Of a stretch of 64,000 nt of DNA, positions 11,920 through 23,650 are shown piece after piece. The notes beneath the pieces are model-generated. The model saw only the letters and a list, made by a program, of their open reading frames with translations. It made no database searches and had not been told where the DNA came from. Positions within the stretch are counted from its first letter, which is position 1; each line of letters starts with the position of its first letter. Location of the stretch: contig NC_087436.1 in NCBI RefSeq assembly GCF_036321535.1, positions 120,468,001 to 120,532,000 on the forward strand, given 5' to 3'. This stretch comes from Camelus dromedarius. Its lineage: Eukaryota. Made by a program: the position numbers and the translations under genes.

Positions 11920-12150
11920 TTCTTTCTCTCCTTCCATCCATCCATCACCATCTGTCCAGTCCCCGTCTCTCCACTCCATCACTCACCCATTGTCTGTTCA
12001 CCCTCCTTCCATCTGTCCATTTATCCATCCATCTATCCATCCACCTGATCGTCCCTCCCTCTACCTTTCCTTCCTTTTCCATCCATCCCCTGACCCAGCC
12101 TCACATCTATCCGTCAGCCTCCCCTCTCCATACTTCTGACCATCCCCTCC
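11920..12150 (+). repeat. Degenerate (TCCA)n low-complexity tract
   Basis: Repeated tccatccatc units visible. Confidence 0.8.
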
Positions 12151-12352
12151 ACGGGAGATTTCTCTTGAGGAGCCCGTGTTGAGTGGGGGCCACAGATAAG
12201 AACCAGTGACAACCCCGGATGGGCAGTGGCAGGACAGGGCAGTATGGGAGCCCAGGAGAGACTCCTTGCCTGGCCTGGGCGGTGGGGGGATGGAGGGGGA
12301 GTTACTTCAGCGGCTCAGAAGATGTGCTTTCACAGTGGAACTGCCTTTTCAG

Positions 12353-12448
12353 TTTGGTGGAAGAACTGAAGGCCGGCAACCCAGACTTCCCGGCGGTCAG
12401 CAGTGGGATTTACGTGCAGGAGGTTGTTCCAAACTCGCCTTCTCAGAG
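12353..12448 (+). CDS. HTRA3: HTRA3 exon 8 equivalent, PDZ domain
   Basis: ccttttcag|TTTGGTG...CAGAG|gtaggc. 96 bp, phase 2/2, encodes LVEELKAGNPDFPAVSSGIYVQEVVPNSPSQ(R). Confidence 0.96.
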
Positions 12449-12974
12449 GTAGGCTCCGCCAGAGGAAGCGGGGAGGCCGGGTGGGCGGGCACAGAGCCTG
12501 GGTCTGGCCTGCTTCACTGACCTCGCATGACCTCGAACTTCCTGGCAACATGACGCAAGGTAGAAGTGGCCAGGGGGATTCTGGCTGGTCCTCTATGCTG
12601 AGGGCAGGCTGGAGAGACGAAGTACCCAGCAGAGCACTAGCCCCCGAGGCCCCTTCAACCCAACAGGACCCTTCCTTCCTGTTCTGTGTGCTGCTCAGGA
12701 GGATGTGTCAGAAGACATGGACTCTGTGTCCTTCTACCATGAGCCCCGCACGCATGCTCAGCCCGCAGCCAGCCTGCAGCAAAAATTGTTGCAATATAGA
12801 TCCACAAAGCCAGAAAATAACCACCCAAACTCAAGCTCTTTTTTCCGGGTTGCTGTACCCCACTGATTCAGCAGACAGCAGTCATCAAGAACAACCACAT
12901 GCAGGGCACCCCAAGAGCCAGAGAAGGGGGCTTGGTGGGGACCGAGGATGCCGCATGAGCTGGGCATTCCATAC

Positions 12975-13140
12975 GCATTGTCTCAGTTAATCCTCACTGT
13001 GGCCCAGGAGGTGCGGGCTGCTGCTCTCACCCCACTTCATAGATGGGAAGACTGAGGCTCAGTGAAGTCACTCTTCCGAGGGCACACAGCACACACGTGT
13101 GGATCTGGGCTCTGTCACCCATGCGCCTAACCACTGCCCT
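12975..13140 (-). mobile_element. MIR SINE
   Basis: Core ccccacttcatagatgggaagactgaggctcagtgaagtcactcttccgagggcacacagc. Confidence 0.8.
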
Positions 13141-13574
13141 CCTCCTGGGTGAAGGGGAAGGTCGCAGCAAGTCAGGTGCAGAAGGGAGGCTGGCCAGCTC
13201 ACTCTGCTGCTCATGTGAAGATCTTAGCAGCTGTTGTAACATTAGAATCAACTCCCTGGACCTCGCTGTAATTTACAAAGCATGTTTCCACATAGGATGG
13301 TAGATGTGGAAAGTGAGGCTCCAAGGGGCAGGATTGCTGGCCCAAGGCAATCCAGCCCTGCAGCCCCCAGCCCTTCTGATGCATAGAAGTAGCCCCGCAA
13401 AGCCCAAGCCTGTTGGAGGACGCGGTTTTCATCTGGTGTAAGAACCTTGCAGTCAGGGCCCTGGTCTTACCTGCTGAGGTGATTTTTCTTAACCTGCTGC
13501 AGTTAAAACCCACTGTGCCCAGGGCCTGGGTCTCGCAGGGATGTGCGGTGACCCTGTGTCTTCCCTGTTGGCAG

Positions 13575-13740
13575 AGGGGGCATCCAAGATGGCGACATCA
13601 TTGTCAAGGTCAACGGGCGCCCTCTGGCGGACTCGAGCGAGCTGCAGGAGGCTGTCCTGACTGAGTCCCCCCTGCTGCTGGAGGTGAGGCGGGGGAACGA
13701 TGACCTTCTCTTCAGCATCGCACCCGAGGTGGTCCTGTGA
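13575..13740 (+). CDS. HTRA3: HTRA3 last coding exon of the long isoform, PDZ C-terminus and stop
   Basis: gttggcag|AGGGGGCATC... encodes GGIQDGDIIVKVNGRPLADSSELQEAVLTESPLLLEVRRGNDDLLFSIAPEVVL, then TGA at 13738-13740. Confidence 0.97.
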
Positions 13741-14720
13741 ACGTGGGCCACCTCCCTCCATCGCCGAGCTCCAGAGCCTGCGGCCAAGCACAGGTGCCAG
13801 CAGACTGGTTCCGTCCCAAGCTGCTGCCTCCCGCAGGATCAGGACAAGGGACTGCGGCTGGTCCACAGCAGAGCCAGTGGCCTCCTCCCAGCCTTCCAGG
13901 GTCAGAGCCACAGGCTGGGCTTGGCTGGGGGTCCGCATCTCAGCCTTCAGGGAGCGTTGGCTTCCACGTCACAGGGCCCCTGGGGCAGCCTGATGTCCCC
14001 ACCCCCAACAAATGCTCCTGAGGGCCCGTCCCAGTTCCCTGGGTCTAGATAACTCTTGTACTTCCCCGAAGTCCCATCCTCTCTCCCACCTTCCTGTCTT
14101 TGCGCCTATCCATACCTCTCTCTGAAATGCTCTCTGCTCCTCCCACCCGACTCTCGCCTCTTCAGGTCTCAGCCCCCCAGCCTCCTCCTCTCCTAGGTTC
14201 TCCTCCCTGGCCCCCCACGCCCAGTAGCACAGAGCCCACCACGTTGAATGACCAGGGCTGTTTGCCTGGTCAGCCTGGAGTCCCTGGAGGGTGGGCCACG
14301 TCTGCCCCCTTGAGGAGTCAGGTGTGGCAGGTCTGGCCCGGAGCCGACCCCGCGGGATGTTCCCTGGCTGCCCAGCTGAGCCCTGGGGCTGGGCGACAAG
14401 GTCCGCCTTCCCAGGCGGGAGAGGAGCTGGCAGGGAGCAGAGTGTGTCTGGCCCCCCCGGAAGGCCAGCTCATCCTCTGAGAGGAGACCAGGGGGCGGTA
14501 GGCCGAGGAGACGGGGACCCACAGAGGGAGGGTGGCGAGGACTGAGCCGGCCTCGCCTCCCGTGCTGGTCTGTGTGGAGCAAGGACTGGCAGCATCACCC
14601 CAGGAGCCGGCGAAAGGTGCTTCCTCTCTGCGGGGAGCCTGTTTCTAGGCGGGTCCGTGAGCTTCGCTGTCCAGTCCGGTCCCATGTTGCTTGTACTGTA
14701 TGTTTCTCTACTGTACGGAA

Positions 14721-14726
14721 ATTAAA
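14721..14726 (+). promoter_or_regulatory. HTRA3: Poly(A) signal ATTAAA of the HTRA3 long isoform (3' UTR about 13741-14750)
   Basis: ATTAAA preceded by three TGTA (UGUA, CFIm-type) motifs, in a short AT-richer island within a GC-rich UTR about 980 nt after the stop. Confidence 0.8.
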
Positions 14727-17700
14727 GTTTACAAAGCACAGAGTCCCTCCCCAGCAGGGGCGTTTGGGGCAGCCCACCCAACGCCAACAGCTTCTCCTGC
14801 CCCAGAGCCAACACGTCAACAGACAAGAAGACCTCGGACCAACCACCTCGAGCACAGGGCATCACCACGCACCGCCGCCCGGCTCCCCGTTCACCTTGGC
14901 CCCCTGGTCCCAGACAAGACGCCTCCCCTCCCCATGCCGTGGCCTCTCCCTCCATGCAGAAGGGCACCGAGACCACCGACCTCCCGGCAGCCGGGCGGAA
15001 TACTCGGAGAGACACCTGGCCCGCAGCAGCAAGCCCCGCTAAGCCTGCGGAGTGTGCCTGCCAGGCCGCGTGATAAAGCTGTCCTTGCATCTGCCCTGCA
15101 TCACCGTCCCCGCAGCACCCCCAGCATCGGGAATGAGGCAGAAAAGGATGGGGCAGGCTGCCCAGGCACAGATTGGGGGCGGGGGGCGCTGCCAGCACGG
15201 CGCCGAGGGCTGTGAACTCTGAACACCGAGAGCCAAATCAGAAGTGGCCCTGCGGTTGCAAGTCGGGGAATCAAGGTGAGGGTGAGGGGCTCCCACTGGG
15301 GCTGAGAGAGAGGGTCCCGGCCCCGAGTGCTGGACCACCAGCCCAGAAGGGTCTCGGTCCCCTGGTCCAACCCTCGCAAAGCAACCGGGCCTGCCCCCAG
15401 CTGTGTGACCTCAGGCACCTTCTCCCTCAGGAGTGGGGGGTTAGGGAGTGAACTGCAGACTAAGTTCTGAGAGCCTGAGATTCGACAGGTCCAGACTTAA
15501 ATGACCTGCCATGAGGCTTATTTTAGGAGACAGCCTCAGACGGCCGTGGCAGTGGCCAGAACTCTGCTCAGGACCCGGCGGGGCTCATAGGAGATCCGTG
15601 AAGACGCTGGGTGTGCACTGCTGTGTGCACTGTGCGCCAGCTGGCTGGCGGGGGGGAAGGAGGGAGTGAGACAAAAAAGCTCCCACTCTCAGGAAAGGAT
15701 CAGAAACTGTCACGGGCGGCTTTTTAATGAGGGCCCTGTGAACTGGTTCACCAGGCCAGTTTCTCAATTCCAGGGCTCAGATTATCAAGTGGACTGAGCA
15801 CCCCTCCCCACCCCTCGGCCGCACCCAGGCACTACTGGGGAAGGAGGGGCCGGGCACGAAGGCCGCCCTGCGAGTGACATTCCAGCCCCCACCACAACAT
15901 GGTCCCTGCCACCACTGGCCGGCCTGCCCCCTTCCATTCGCCCTGAGCTGGCCTCACACAGTGTCACCCTCCTGTTACAGCCCTCTTCACTGCCAGCGTC
16001 TTCTGGAAATGCCAGAACACAGCCACAGAACCTGGTTCAGCCCACATCACAGGGCTACCCACAGCCAGTCCCCCCATCCCTCCCTTCCCATCCAGAGTGG
16101 GCTGGACCATCCCCACAGAGCAGGCCCTGGACCATCCCACCGCCCCCCAATCTGGAACAGTCCCAATGTCCAAAGTCTGTCCGCCCTCTGAGGTCTCTGC
16201 TCTCACTCCCACCAGGCAGGGCCCCCGTCCCCACCTTCCACACTCTCAATGGCCCCCAGAGCTTGGCCTTTGTTACTCAGCAGCCAGGTGGTCCCCCCTA
16301 AGAGTAAGGAGCCTGGGGGTGTTGGGGCAGTGGCCAGGACAAGGCTGCTGGGGTGTGGGCAGAAGGTGAGCTGGAAACAGGGCACTGAAAGCAGAGCTGT
16401 GAACTTGACCAGGGCCCAGTATCTGAGCGGGAACTGATAAGGGCATCCAAGATAAGGGAGTCCTGCGGTTCCTGGTGAGAGCTGCTTCCTGACTTCCGGA
16501 TTGCAGTGTGAGCACATGGAGGGGGGGAGTCAGTCCCTTCTCATAGGGGCAGCCACCCCACCATGAAGTCCCCATTGTCATCTGACCCTGCTCACCCCCA
16601 AAAGCCCCACCTCCACGTACCACCACCATCATATACATCACAGGGGCTAGGGCTTCAGCACAGGAATCTGGGGGACACAATCCAGTCCTCAGCACAGAGT
16701 GGGGGCCTGTGGTATTGAGCTGGTGGGCTCGGGCAGCTGAGGGGAACGGGGCTGAGATCCCCTGAGGAACTGTGCAGATGGGCCCAGACACTTCCCGGAG
16801 GCAGGGAAGCTGGCGGTGCTGGTCCACAGACCCCGCCCTCTCACATTTGAGGGGGCGGAGCTAGTGCCCACCTTGCTGGAGGGAACCCGCTGGCCGAGGG
16901 TCACAGAGACAGGACACTGAGGATAGCACTGACAGTGAGCCCAGAATTGTCCCTGGAAGTGGCAGGTGACCTGAGAGGTGGAGGGGAGCATGAGGGGACA
17001 CCAACAGCCCCTCCTGCCTAAGATTTTGAGAGACAGACAGTGGAAGTGCCAGGCACCCGCCCCATAGATGCCAGTCTTTGTGTACTTGCAGTGCCCCAGA
17101 TAGGTCACCAGCCCCCTCGGTATTTCATGGAACCGCCTTCACCCTGAGGTCTGGAGCTGGGGTGGACCAGACTCCCTGAGCATGGCCTCTGTGGGCATTA
17201 ACACGGCCAACCCATCATCGTCCCCTCTTCTCCACCACCACCCGGAGCCCCTTGGGTTTGGAGGGGAGAGAGGAAGGGGGCAGACACAGGGCCCAGCAGG
17301 GGAGGGGCCCCTGCCCAGAGGGGCGGGGCTGAAACCCATCTGTCCCCAACGCAGCTTTGTTGCAATAAGTGCTGAATTAAATGTCACCTGGGAGGTTCCT
17401 GACTCATAGTCTGGCCCCAAGAGTGCCCCATAATGTCACTTCACATCCAATCCCTCCCTGCCACCAGCCCCCTGGGTGGCAGGGCTGTACCACCCTCCAT
17501 GACCTCGGGTTGTCCATGGTGAAATGGGAGGTGGGATGTGGGGGTCCCTGAGCTCGGGAGTCCACCAGGCCTGGGCTGTGGTCTCGGCTTGGCCCCTCTC
17601 TGGCTGACCTCTGTCGGGGCCCCTGGCTCTACGTGCCTGCATCCAGGGGAGCCCCTGGTCGCCACCTCACTGGGAGCCGGGCCCCTCGCCCCGTGCTGGG

Positions 17701-18802
17701 GGCTGTCTGCTTGCCCGCCCGGCTGGCCCCGCCATGGTGGCAGTGGGCTCTGTGGTGGTCAAGGCCTCTGTCCCCCACCAGCCGCTCTGTCCTGACTACA
17801 CCCAGTGGGGAAGAGCTGGCCTTCCCGCCGCTGCTCCAGCCGCTCATGGTGAAAAACAACTTTTTCAGAGCCTGCCAGCTGCCGCCTGAGCCGTTGTGTA
17901 ACCCCCAGGCTCCTGACGCAACCCCCGGAGGCTGGGCTCTTGGCCCACCCCCCACTCCATGTCCTGGAAGCTGTAAGCAGGGTGCTGACAAGCCAGAGCC
18001 CCATGGGGGAGGGACCCCCCCTTCCAGCCTCGGGTCCCTCCATAAACACCGGGAGTCCTGGAAGGACAGGCCTGGAAGGGACTTCACGCCTTCCTGTGTC
18101 CAAGCGACCCATTGCACAGAGGCCAAAACTGAGGCCCAGAGAGAAGGACATGGGGTCACACGTGGGCTAGGGCTGGCCCACAGGGGGCTGGGCTGGGCTC
18201 CTGACTGCCCCTCAGGCCGGGCTGGAGCAAACAGCTGTGGCCGCAGCTGCAGCAGGACAAACATCCGCTGTCTGAGTGCGTAGGGCTGAACCCGGAGCAC
18301 CGGGGGGCCGTTCCTGGGAGCAGAAAACCTGCGAGTCTCGGCAACTTCCTCCCAGAGTTCCTCCCTGCCCCCCCAGGATTAGTGGATCCAGAACACGGTG
18401 ACCAAAGATGGGAATTCTGGAATGGGTCAGATGCGAGGGAAACAGTGGGGGCTCTGGCACTGTTACCCGGGCCCTGAGCGGCGCCTGGGGGGACTAGGCT
18501 GGGACCAGCCTGCCAGCACTGCTCAGTCTGTGTCTGTACGGGTGTCCCGCCTCCAGCCACCCCTCCCTCCACCCCGCAGGTGCCGGACACTCACCTCCCC
18601 GCTTGCAGTCCCCCCGCTGCCCTGCCCTCGGTCCACACCCTCCACCCTGCAGGATCCAGCTCTGCTCTAAACTCCCTGCACTCCACGCGCTTCCCCAGCC
18701 CCCCCCCCGTCTCTGTGCAGGCTGCTCCCCGTCCCTGGACGCCCCACCCCCACCCCAGGCTGCCCCAGGCCTGCTTCTTTCCCGCCGACCATCCCCTCCT
18801 CT

Positions 18803-19210
18803 GTGATGCGCTGAAGAAGTCCCCAAAGCTGTCCACGTCATGACCCCAGAACCTACGTGGCCAGGGGGGCCTTGCGGCTGTGATCATGTGCAAGGTCTGA
18901 GACGGGAGGTCACCCTGGATGGTCTGGGGAGCCCCGTGCCATCACAGGGTCCTTAGTGCAGAGAGTCAGGGGAGTCAGACTAGAAGACGTGACCATGGGA
19001 GCAAGAGGTTGGGGGACATGAGGAAGGGACTAAAGACCGAGGGCGCTTCAGGAAAAGGTGAGGAAGTGGGATCTCTCCCGGAGCCGCCCCCGGGAGCAGT
19101 CAGCCCCGCCCACACCAGGACTTCAGCCAGTGACTCTGAACCTCAGTAGCACTGTTTTAAGCCATTACCTTTGTGGCGAGTTGTTGCAGCAGCGACAGGA
19201 ATCCCATCCG
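18803..19210 (+). mobile_element. MaLR LTR (MLT1-type), degenerate
   Basis: 5' ccccaaagctgtccacgtcatgaccccagaacct and 3' tgttttaagccattacctttgtggcgagttgttgcagcagcgacaggaa. Confidence 0.75.
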
Positions 19211-19849
19211 TCCACTGCCTCCAGGATGCCCGCGCCCGGCCACGCCAGGTCCCCAGGGAGGCCCCTGTCTCCGGCATCCGGCCCACCGCACTGCTCCGCT
19301 GTCTGCCGACCGCATCCCCCTCCGAATGACGGCTCCAGGGGCTCATGCCCTTCTCTGAATCACAGCCTTTCCTCAGAGCCAGCCCAGGGCCCGCAGCATG
19401 GCAGGTGCCAGGGAACACACTCCAGCTAGGTGGGGCTTGTGAACCCGAGTTCCTCTGAGTCCTAGAATGCCCACGCCTGCCACATCCGGCAAGCCAGACC
19501 GCCAAATTCCATATCAGGGAATGCCAAGATGCCCAGAGGTGTGAAATGTGGAGAGGAGGGGACAAGACGATGGGGTCGGGCAGAGGAGACCCCACTTTCC
19601 TCGCTGCCACAAGTTTCTCCACGCCCAAGGACAAAGCCCCCCTGCAGGTGTCCATGCCGACGGAGCTGGCCACATGCTGTCCCTTTACCCACTTGGAATC
19701 ACCAAGCCTCACCCCGGGACCCTCTCCAAGCTCCAAGGACACCCCAGGCCAAGCGAGCCACCAGGGGAAATGGACCCCCACCCACCTTGGCCTCCATCCC
19801 ACTTCTGCCCCTCATTTCGAAGGAGGTTCTCCCCACTCTTTTAAAGAAA

Positions 19850-19963
19850 TTTGGAGGGGAGTAATTAGGTTTACTTACTTATTTATGTATTAATGGAGGT
19901 GCTGGGGACTGAACCCTGTGCATGCTAAGCACGTGGTTTATCACTGAGCTGTACCCTCCCCCC
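19850..19963 (-). mobile_element. tRNA-derived SINE, camelid-type
   Basis: Reverse complement reads gggggagggtacagctcagtg...gggttcagtccccagcacctccattaata...aaacctaattactcccctcc, with A and B boxes and the same tail as the copy at 22081. Confidence 0.85.
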
Positions 19964-20039
19964 AAGACCCACACCCCCATTCTTGCTTGTGAGGCTCATC
20001 CACACTGCTGCGCAGCTGCGGTGGTCACTGCCCCCCACC

Positions 20040-21000
20040 GCAGAGCGGCCAGTCCATGAACGCCGGTCTCCTGCTGGACATTCAGGCTGCATCCAGCCCG
20101 AGCCGCGGCTCCCCGCGTGGACGGGAGCATCTGTGTCTGCGTCTCTGGCTACTGGGCAGGGGATTGTGCTGGGCACATTTCTGCAAGTGAAACTGCTAGG
20201 TCATTGGGTGTATGTAGATCCCATTTTGGTAGAAATGTAAGCTTTTCAAAGTGGTTTTACTAGCTCGTACTCCCCACAGTGTGGTGAGAGTTCCCATTGC
20301 TCCACACCCTCACCAACGCTTGTTGGGGTCAGCCTTGAACTTGAGGCTCCTGTGAGCTTGCAGATCCGTGGCTCCGGGCACAGGTAGCGGCTCTGCAAAT
20401 GCTCGCTGCTCACTCAGGTGCCCTTTCTGGGGCAGGACCTCTCCCACCTTGCCTTTTTCTTACTGCTTGGTAGTTCTTTTATGCACTGTAGAAATGAGCT
20501 CTTGAAAGTTTTTTGTGTTGAAACATCTTTTCCCTCTTTTTTAAAATGTTATTACTATTCTATGTTATTAATAGAGGTACTGGGGACTGAACACAGGACC
20601 CTCTGCGTGCTAAGCGCGCGCTCTACCCTGAGCTATGTCCACCCGCCGGATGCGTCTGTTTTAATAGCTCTGTTTACCAGTCTTTGCCTGCAAAGCTAGT
20701 GTTTCTTATGTCTGATTTAGAAATTATCTTCCTACCTCAGAGTCCCTTACCTTCCTGTTAGCTTCCTGAAGCTTCATTATTTTACATTTTACATTTCAAT
20801 GGGGGATCCAACTGGAACTGACTTTTGTGTGTGGTGCAAAGGAGAGGTCACGTTCCATTCTTCCCATCTGGACGTACGTGCATATCATTGTCCCAAAACA
20901 GGCAATTCTTTCCCCCTTTGTTATAAACCAAGCTCCCATATATGCACAGTCTGTTTCCCGGTGAGGACAGAGTGACAGGCACCTGCAGTGAGACACTGTC
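20040..21000 (-). mobile_element. Old L1 3'-region fragments, interrupted by a SINE
   Basis: aagtgaaactgctaggtcattggg...ttttcaaagtggttttactagc...gagagttcccattgctccacaccctcaccaac and atccaactggaactgacttttgtgtgtggtg. Confidence 0.75.
20538..20648 (-). mobile_element. tRNA-derived SINE, camelid-type
   Basis: atagaggtactggggactgaacacaggaccctctgcgtgctaagcgcgcgctctaccctgagctat, same family as the copies at 19850 and 22081. Confidence 0.85.
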
Positions 21001-21474
21001 CCTGTGCCGCAGGTGGTCATGAGGAGAGGGTGTGAATGCACACACAGCACCTGCAACCTACGGACACATCCCCAGGGCAGACAGACACGAGGTTTGCTTT
21101 GTTTATATTTTTTAAATGAAAAATCTTTGATTATGAAATATGTCAAGCCTACAGCAAAGAATAGAAAATATAATTGAACTGTGAACCTATCCCCCGACAC
21201 TGTCAAATGGTAGCTTTCTGATACATTTGTTTCAGATGTTCATCTTTCAAATACCGAAATCCCCAAACACGCCGCAGACAACCGCTCCAGTCTCCAGCAC
21301 CAGCCCCACCAGCCCCACCAGCCGCACCAGACCGTTGGCTTTGCGGTGGGTCTGCTGCTGTGGCCACGGACGCATGTACAACCGTCACTCCTTGTGGGGA
21401 AGTGGTCTTTTCTCTCTGGAGGCTTTTAAGACCTTTTTGTCATCGGCATGTTAAAGGGGTGGGGGGAGGAATGG

Positions 21475-21560
21475 GCCACAGAAGACCAACAGGGGCTGCA
21501 AACCTTGTGTAAAGTCTGAAGTATTTGCTGTCTGGCCCTTTACAGGGGTTTGTGATCCCG
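21475..21560. mobile_element. MER58-like hAT DNA transposon fragment
   Basis: aaagtctgaagtatttgctgtctggccctttacaggggtttgtgatccc resembles the recalled MER58 terminus. Confidence 0.55.
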
Positions 21561-21989
21561 CTCGAGGGGCTGTCACTCTCCTCCCTGAACACCCCCTCCA
21601 AACTCACCCGCGTGCCTTTCCACCAAGAGCTTGAACAGATGCAATTTCCATGAAGTTGTTTCATTTCCAGCAGTGTTCCCACACCTCCTATGGCCTGCTG
21701 CCTCCAGCTAGCAGCTGCCTAGCTCACCCACCCTGCTGTCCAGCTCCGTGTGACCACCACGTGGACACCCGCGCCCCCGCACACACGTACGTGGGTCTAT
21801 GTGCACGCAAATCCACACCCAGGACATGCACACGGTTGCCTGCGTGCGCAGCCCACACAGAACCCAGGGCCCGTGCGCTCACCGGGCAGCGGTCACTGAG
21901 TTGGCTGACTGACTGGATCACTTGTCACAACTTTTCCATGGACTGTCCCCATAGTTGGTGATAGATTTCCTGACAAAATCACACCCCAG

Positions 21990-22830
21990 GCAGCCCCAGT
22001 GTGCATGGACAGAAGGTTAGATAGACAAAATGCAGTCCTTCCACACAACAGGATATGACTCAACACTAAGAAGGAAGAGAAGGGGGGGTGAAGCTCAGGA
22101 CAGAGCGTGTGCTGAGCAAGTGCAGGGTCCCGGGTTCGATCCCGGTATCTCTATTAAAGTAAATAAATAAAAAACCCTAATTACCTCCCCTCAAAAAATA
22201 AAAAAATAATAAAAAGGGGTCATCTCAGTCCCTTTAAAATAGAATAACATAAAATAAAATGGAACCTTGATCAAAATTCATCAAATTTTACATCTGAAAT
22301 GTGTGTAGTTTACCGTACAGGAATCATAACACAATAAAGGTGTTAAAAAAAAATAAAAACACATTCATCAAGAGTTCTTTAAACTCTAAACTTTTGCTTA
22401 AAAAAATAAATAAAATGAAGATTTGCTATACGAAAAAAAAGGAAGAAGATTCTGACGCCTGCGACGACATGGACGAGCCCTGAGCACGGTGCGCTCAGTG
22501 AGGTGAGCCGGGTGCAGAGGGAAAACCCTGTCCGCTGCCCCTCGTGTGAGGCCCCTGGAGCAGTCAGGTTCCCCGGGACGGGAGCGGAGCGGTGGGTGCG
22601 GGGCCGGGGCGGGGGGGAGGTGCTGCTTCCCGGGGACAGAGCTGCGGTTTTCACAGGTGGGGGTGACGGCTGCACAACGATGTGCACGTACTTAACGCCC
22701 CAGAGCTGGATGCTTCAAAATACAGTCAAGATGGTAAATGTTATGCTTTGTGGATTTTATCACAGTAAAACTATTTTTAATTGTTAACATGGCAAAATTT
22801 GTTATATATATATTTCACCCCAGTTTTAAA
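21990..22830 (+). mobile_element. L1 3' end (L1M-type), split by an insertion at about 22079-22438
   Basis: gacaaaatgcagtccttccacacaacaggatatgactcaac joins to aaggaagaagattctgacgcctgcgacgacatggacgagccc...aagatggtaaatgttatgctttgtggattttatcacagtaaaa, matching the L1 3' UTR layout. Confidence 0.8.
22081..22216 (+). mobile_element. tRNA-derived SINE, camelid-type, full length
   Basis: ggggggtgaagctcaggacagagc (A box), gggttcgatccccgg (B box), taaataaataaaaaaccctaattacctcccc, then an A-rich tail. Confidence 0.88.
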
Positions 22831-23449
22831 AAGTGAAAAGGAAGTCACCCCGGGCACATTGGGTACCACCTTTCCGAGGATCAGACCAAGAGGCAAGTCC
22901 GTTTTGCCCTCGTTCCAGTGGAACTGTGGTCTGGGTCTCAATACCAATGAGATCAGTTGTGTGTGGAGCCCGGGACGTGCGCCAGACGGGCACTAAGGGT
23001 GCGAGATGCTGTCTGCCTGGTTGGATGCCCCCGGGAGCCCTGGGCGGAGCTCTGCTGTCTGAAACCTGGCAGCAGGGGGATGAGAGCCAAGTCACTCTGA
23101 CCCCGGAATCCAGGCCCTGGGCACCACACTGTCCTGCCCGCTGGCCCTTCCTCCCTTACAGAGTGAAAAATTTCATTCATTCATTGTGTCCCCAGAGCTG
23201 TCCTGAGTGAGAACAGAGGCAACTCTACACAGGCTCTGGCCTCAAGGGGCTCTCAGTCTGGCAGGGAAGGAATCTCAGTGTGACCACTGCTCTGAGACAA
23301 AAAGCATGCAAGCTGGCCTGACAGGCAGGGTGTGCTTCCTGCAGGAGGTGACATTTGTGCTGTCCTTTGAGGATGAAAGAAGGAGGAAATGCTGAAAGAC
23401 AGAGAAACCGTATCTTGGAAAAATTAAGCCCATGGCTTTTGGGGTTCAA

Positions 23450-23650
23450 CAGACCGACTTTCAAATACCAAACCTCCCACTTACTGACTGCTAAGGCAAA
23501 TAACGTACCCTGTCTGAGCCTCCATTTTCTCATCTACGAAATGAGATGGCAAAGTATCCATCTCGTGGGGTGGTGATGTGGATGGAGAGAGGGTGCAGCT
23601 CAAGCGTCCGCCTCGCGCCGGCCCACAGTGAGCCTGCAGTAGGTGACGGG
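23450..23650 (+). mobile_element. MIR SINE
   Basis: cccacttactgactgctaaggcaaataacgtaccctgtctgagcctccattttctcatctacgaaatgagatgg. Confidence 0.7.

Noticed and set aside
14485..14500. CTCF-like motif agaccagggggcggt in the HTRA3 3' UTR
   Set aside because: It mismatches the 5' core positions, and similar partial matches are common at this GC content.
22081..22152. tRNA-like sequence with A and B boxes
   Set aside because: It has a SINE body and A-tail, and two diverged copies lie nearby. It is a SINE head, not a tRNA gene.
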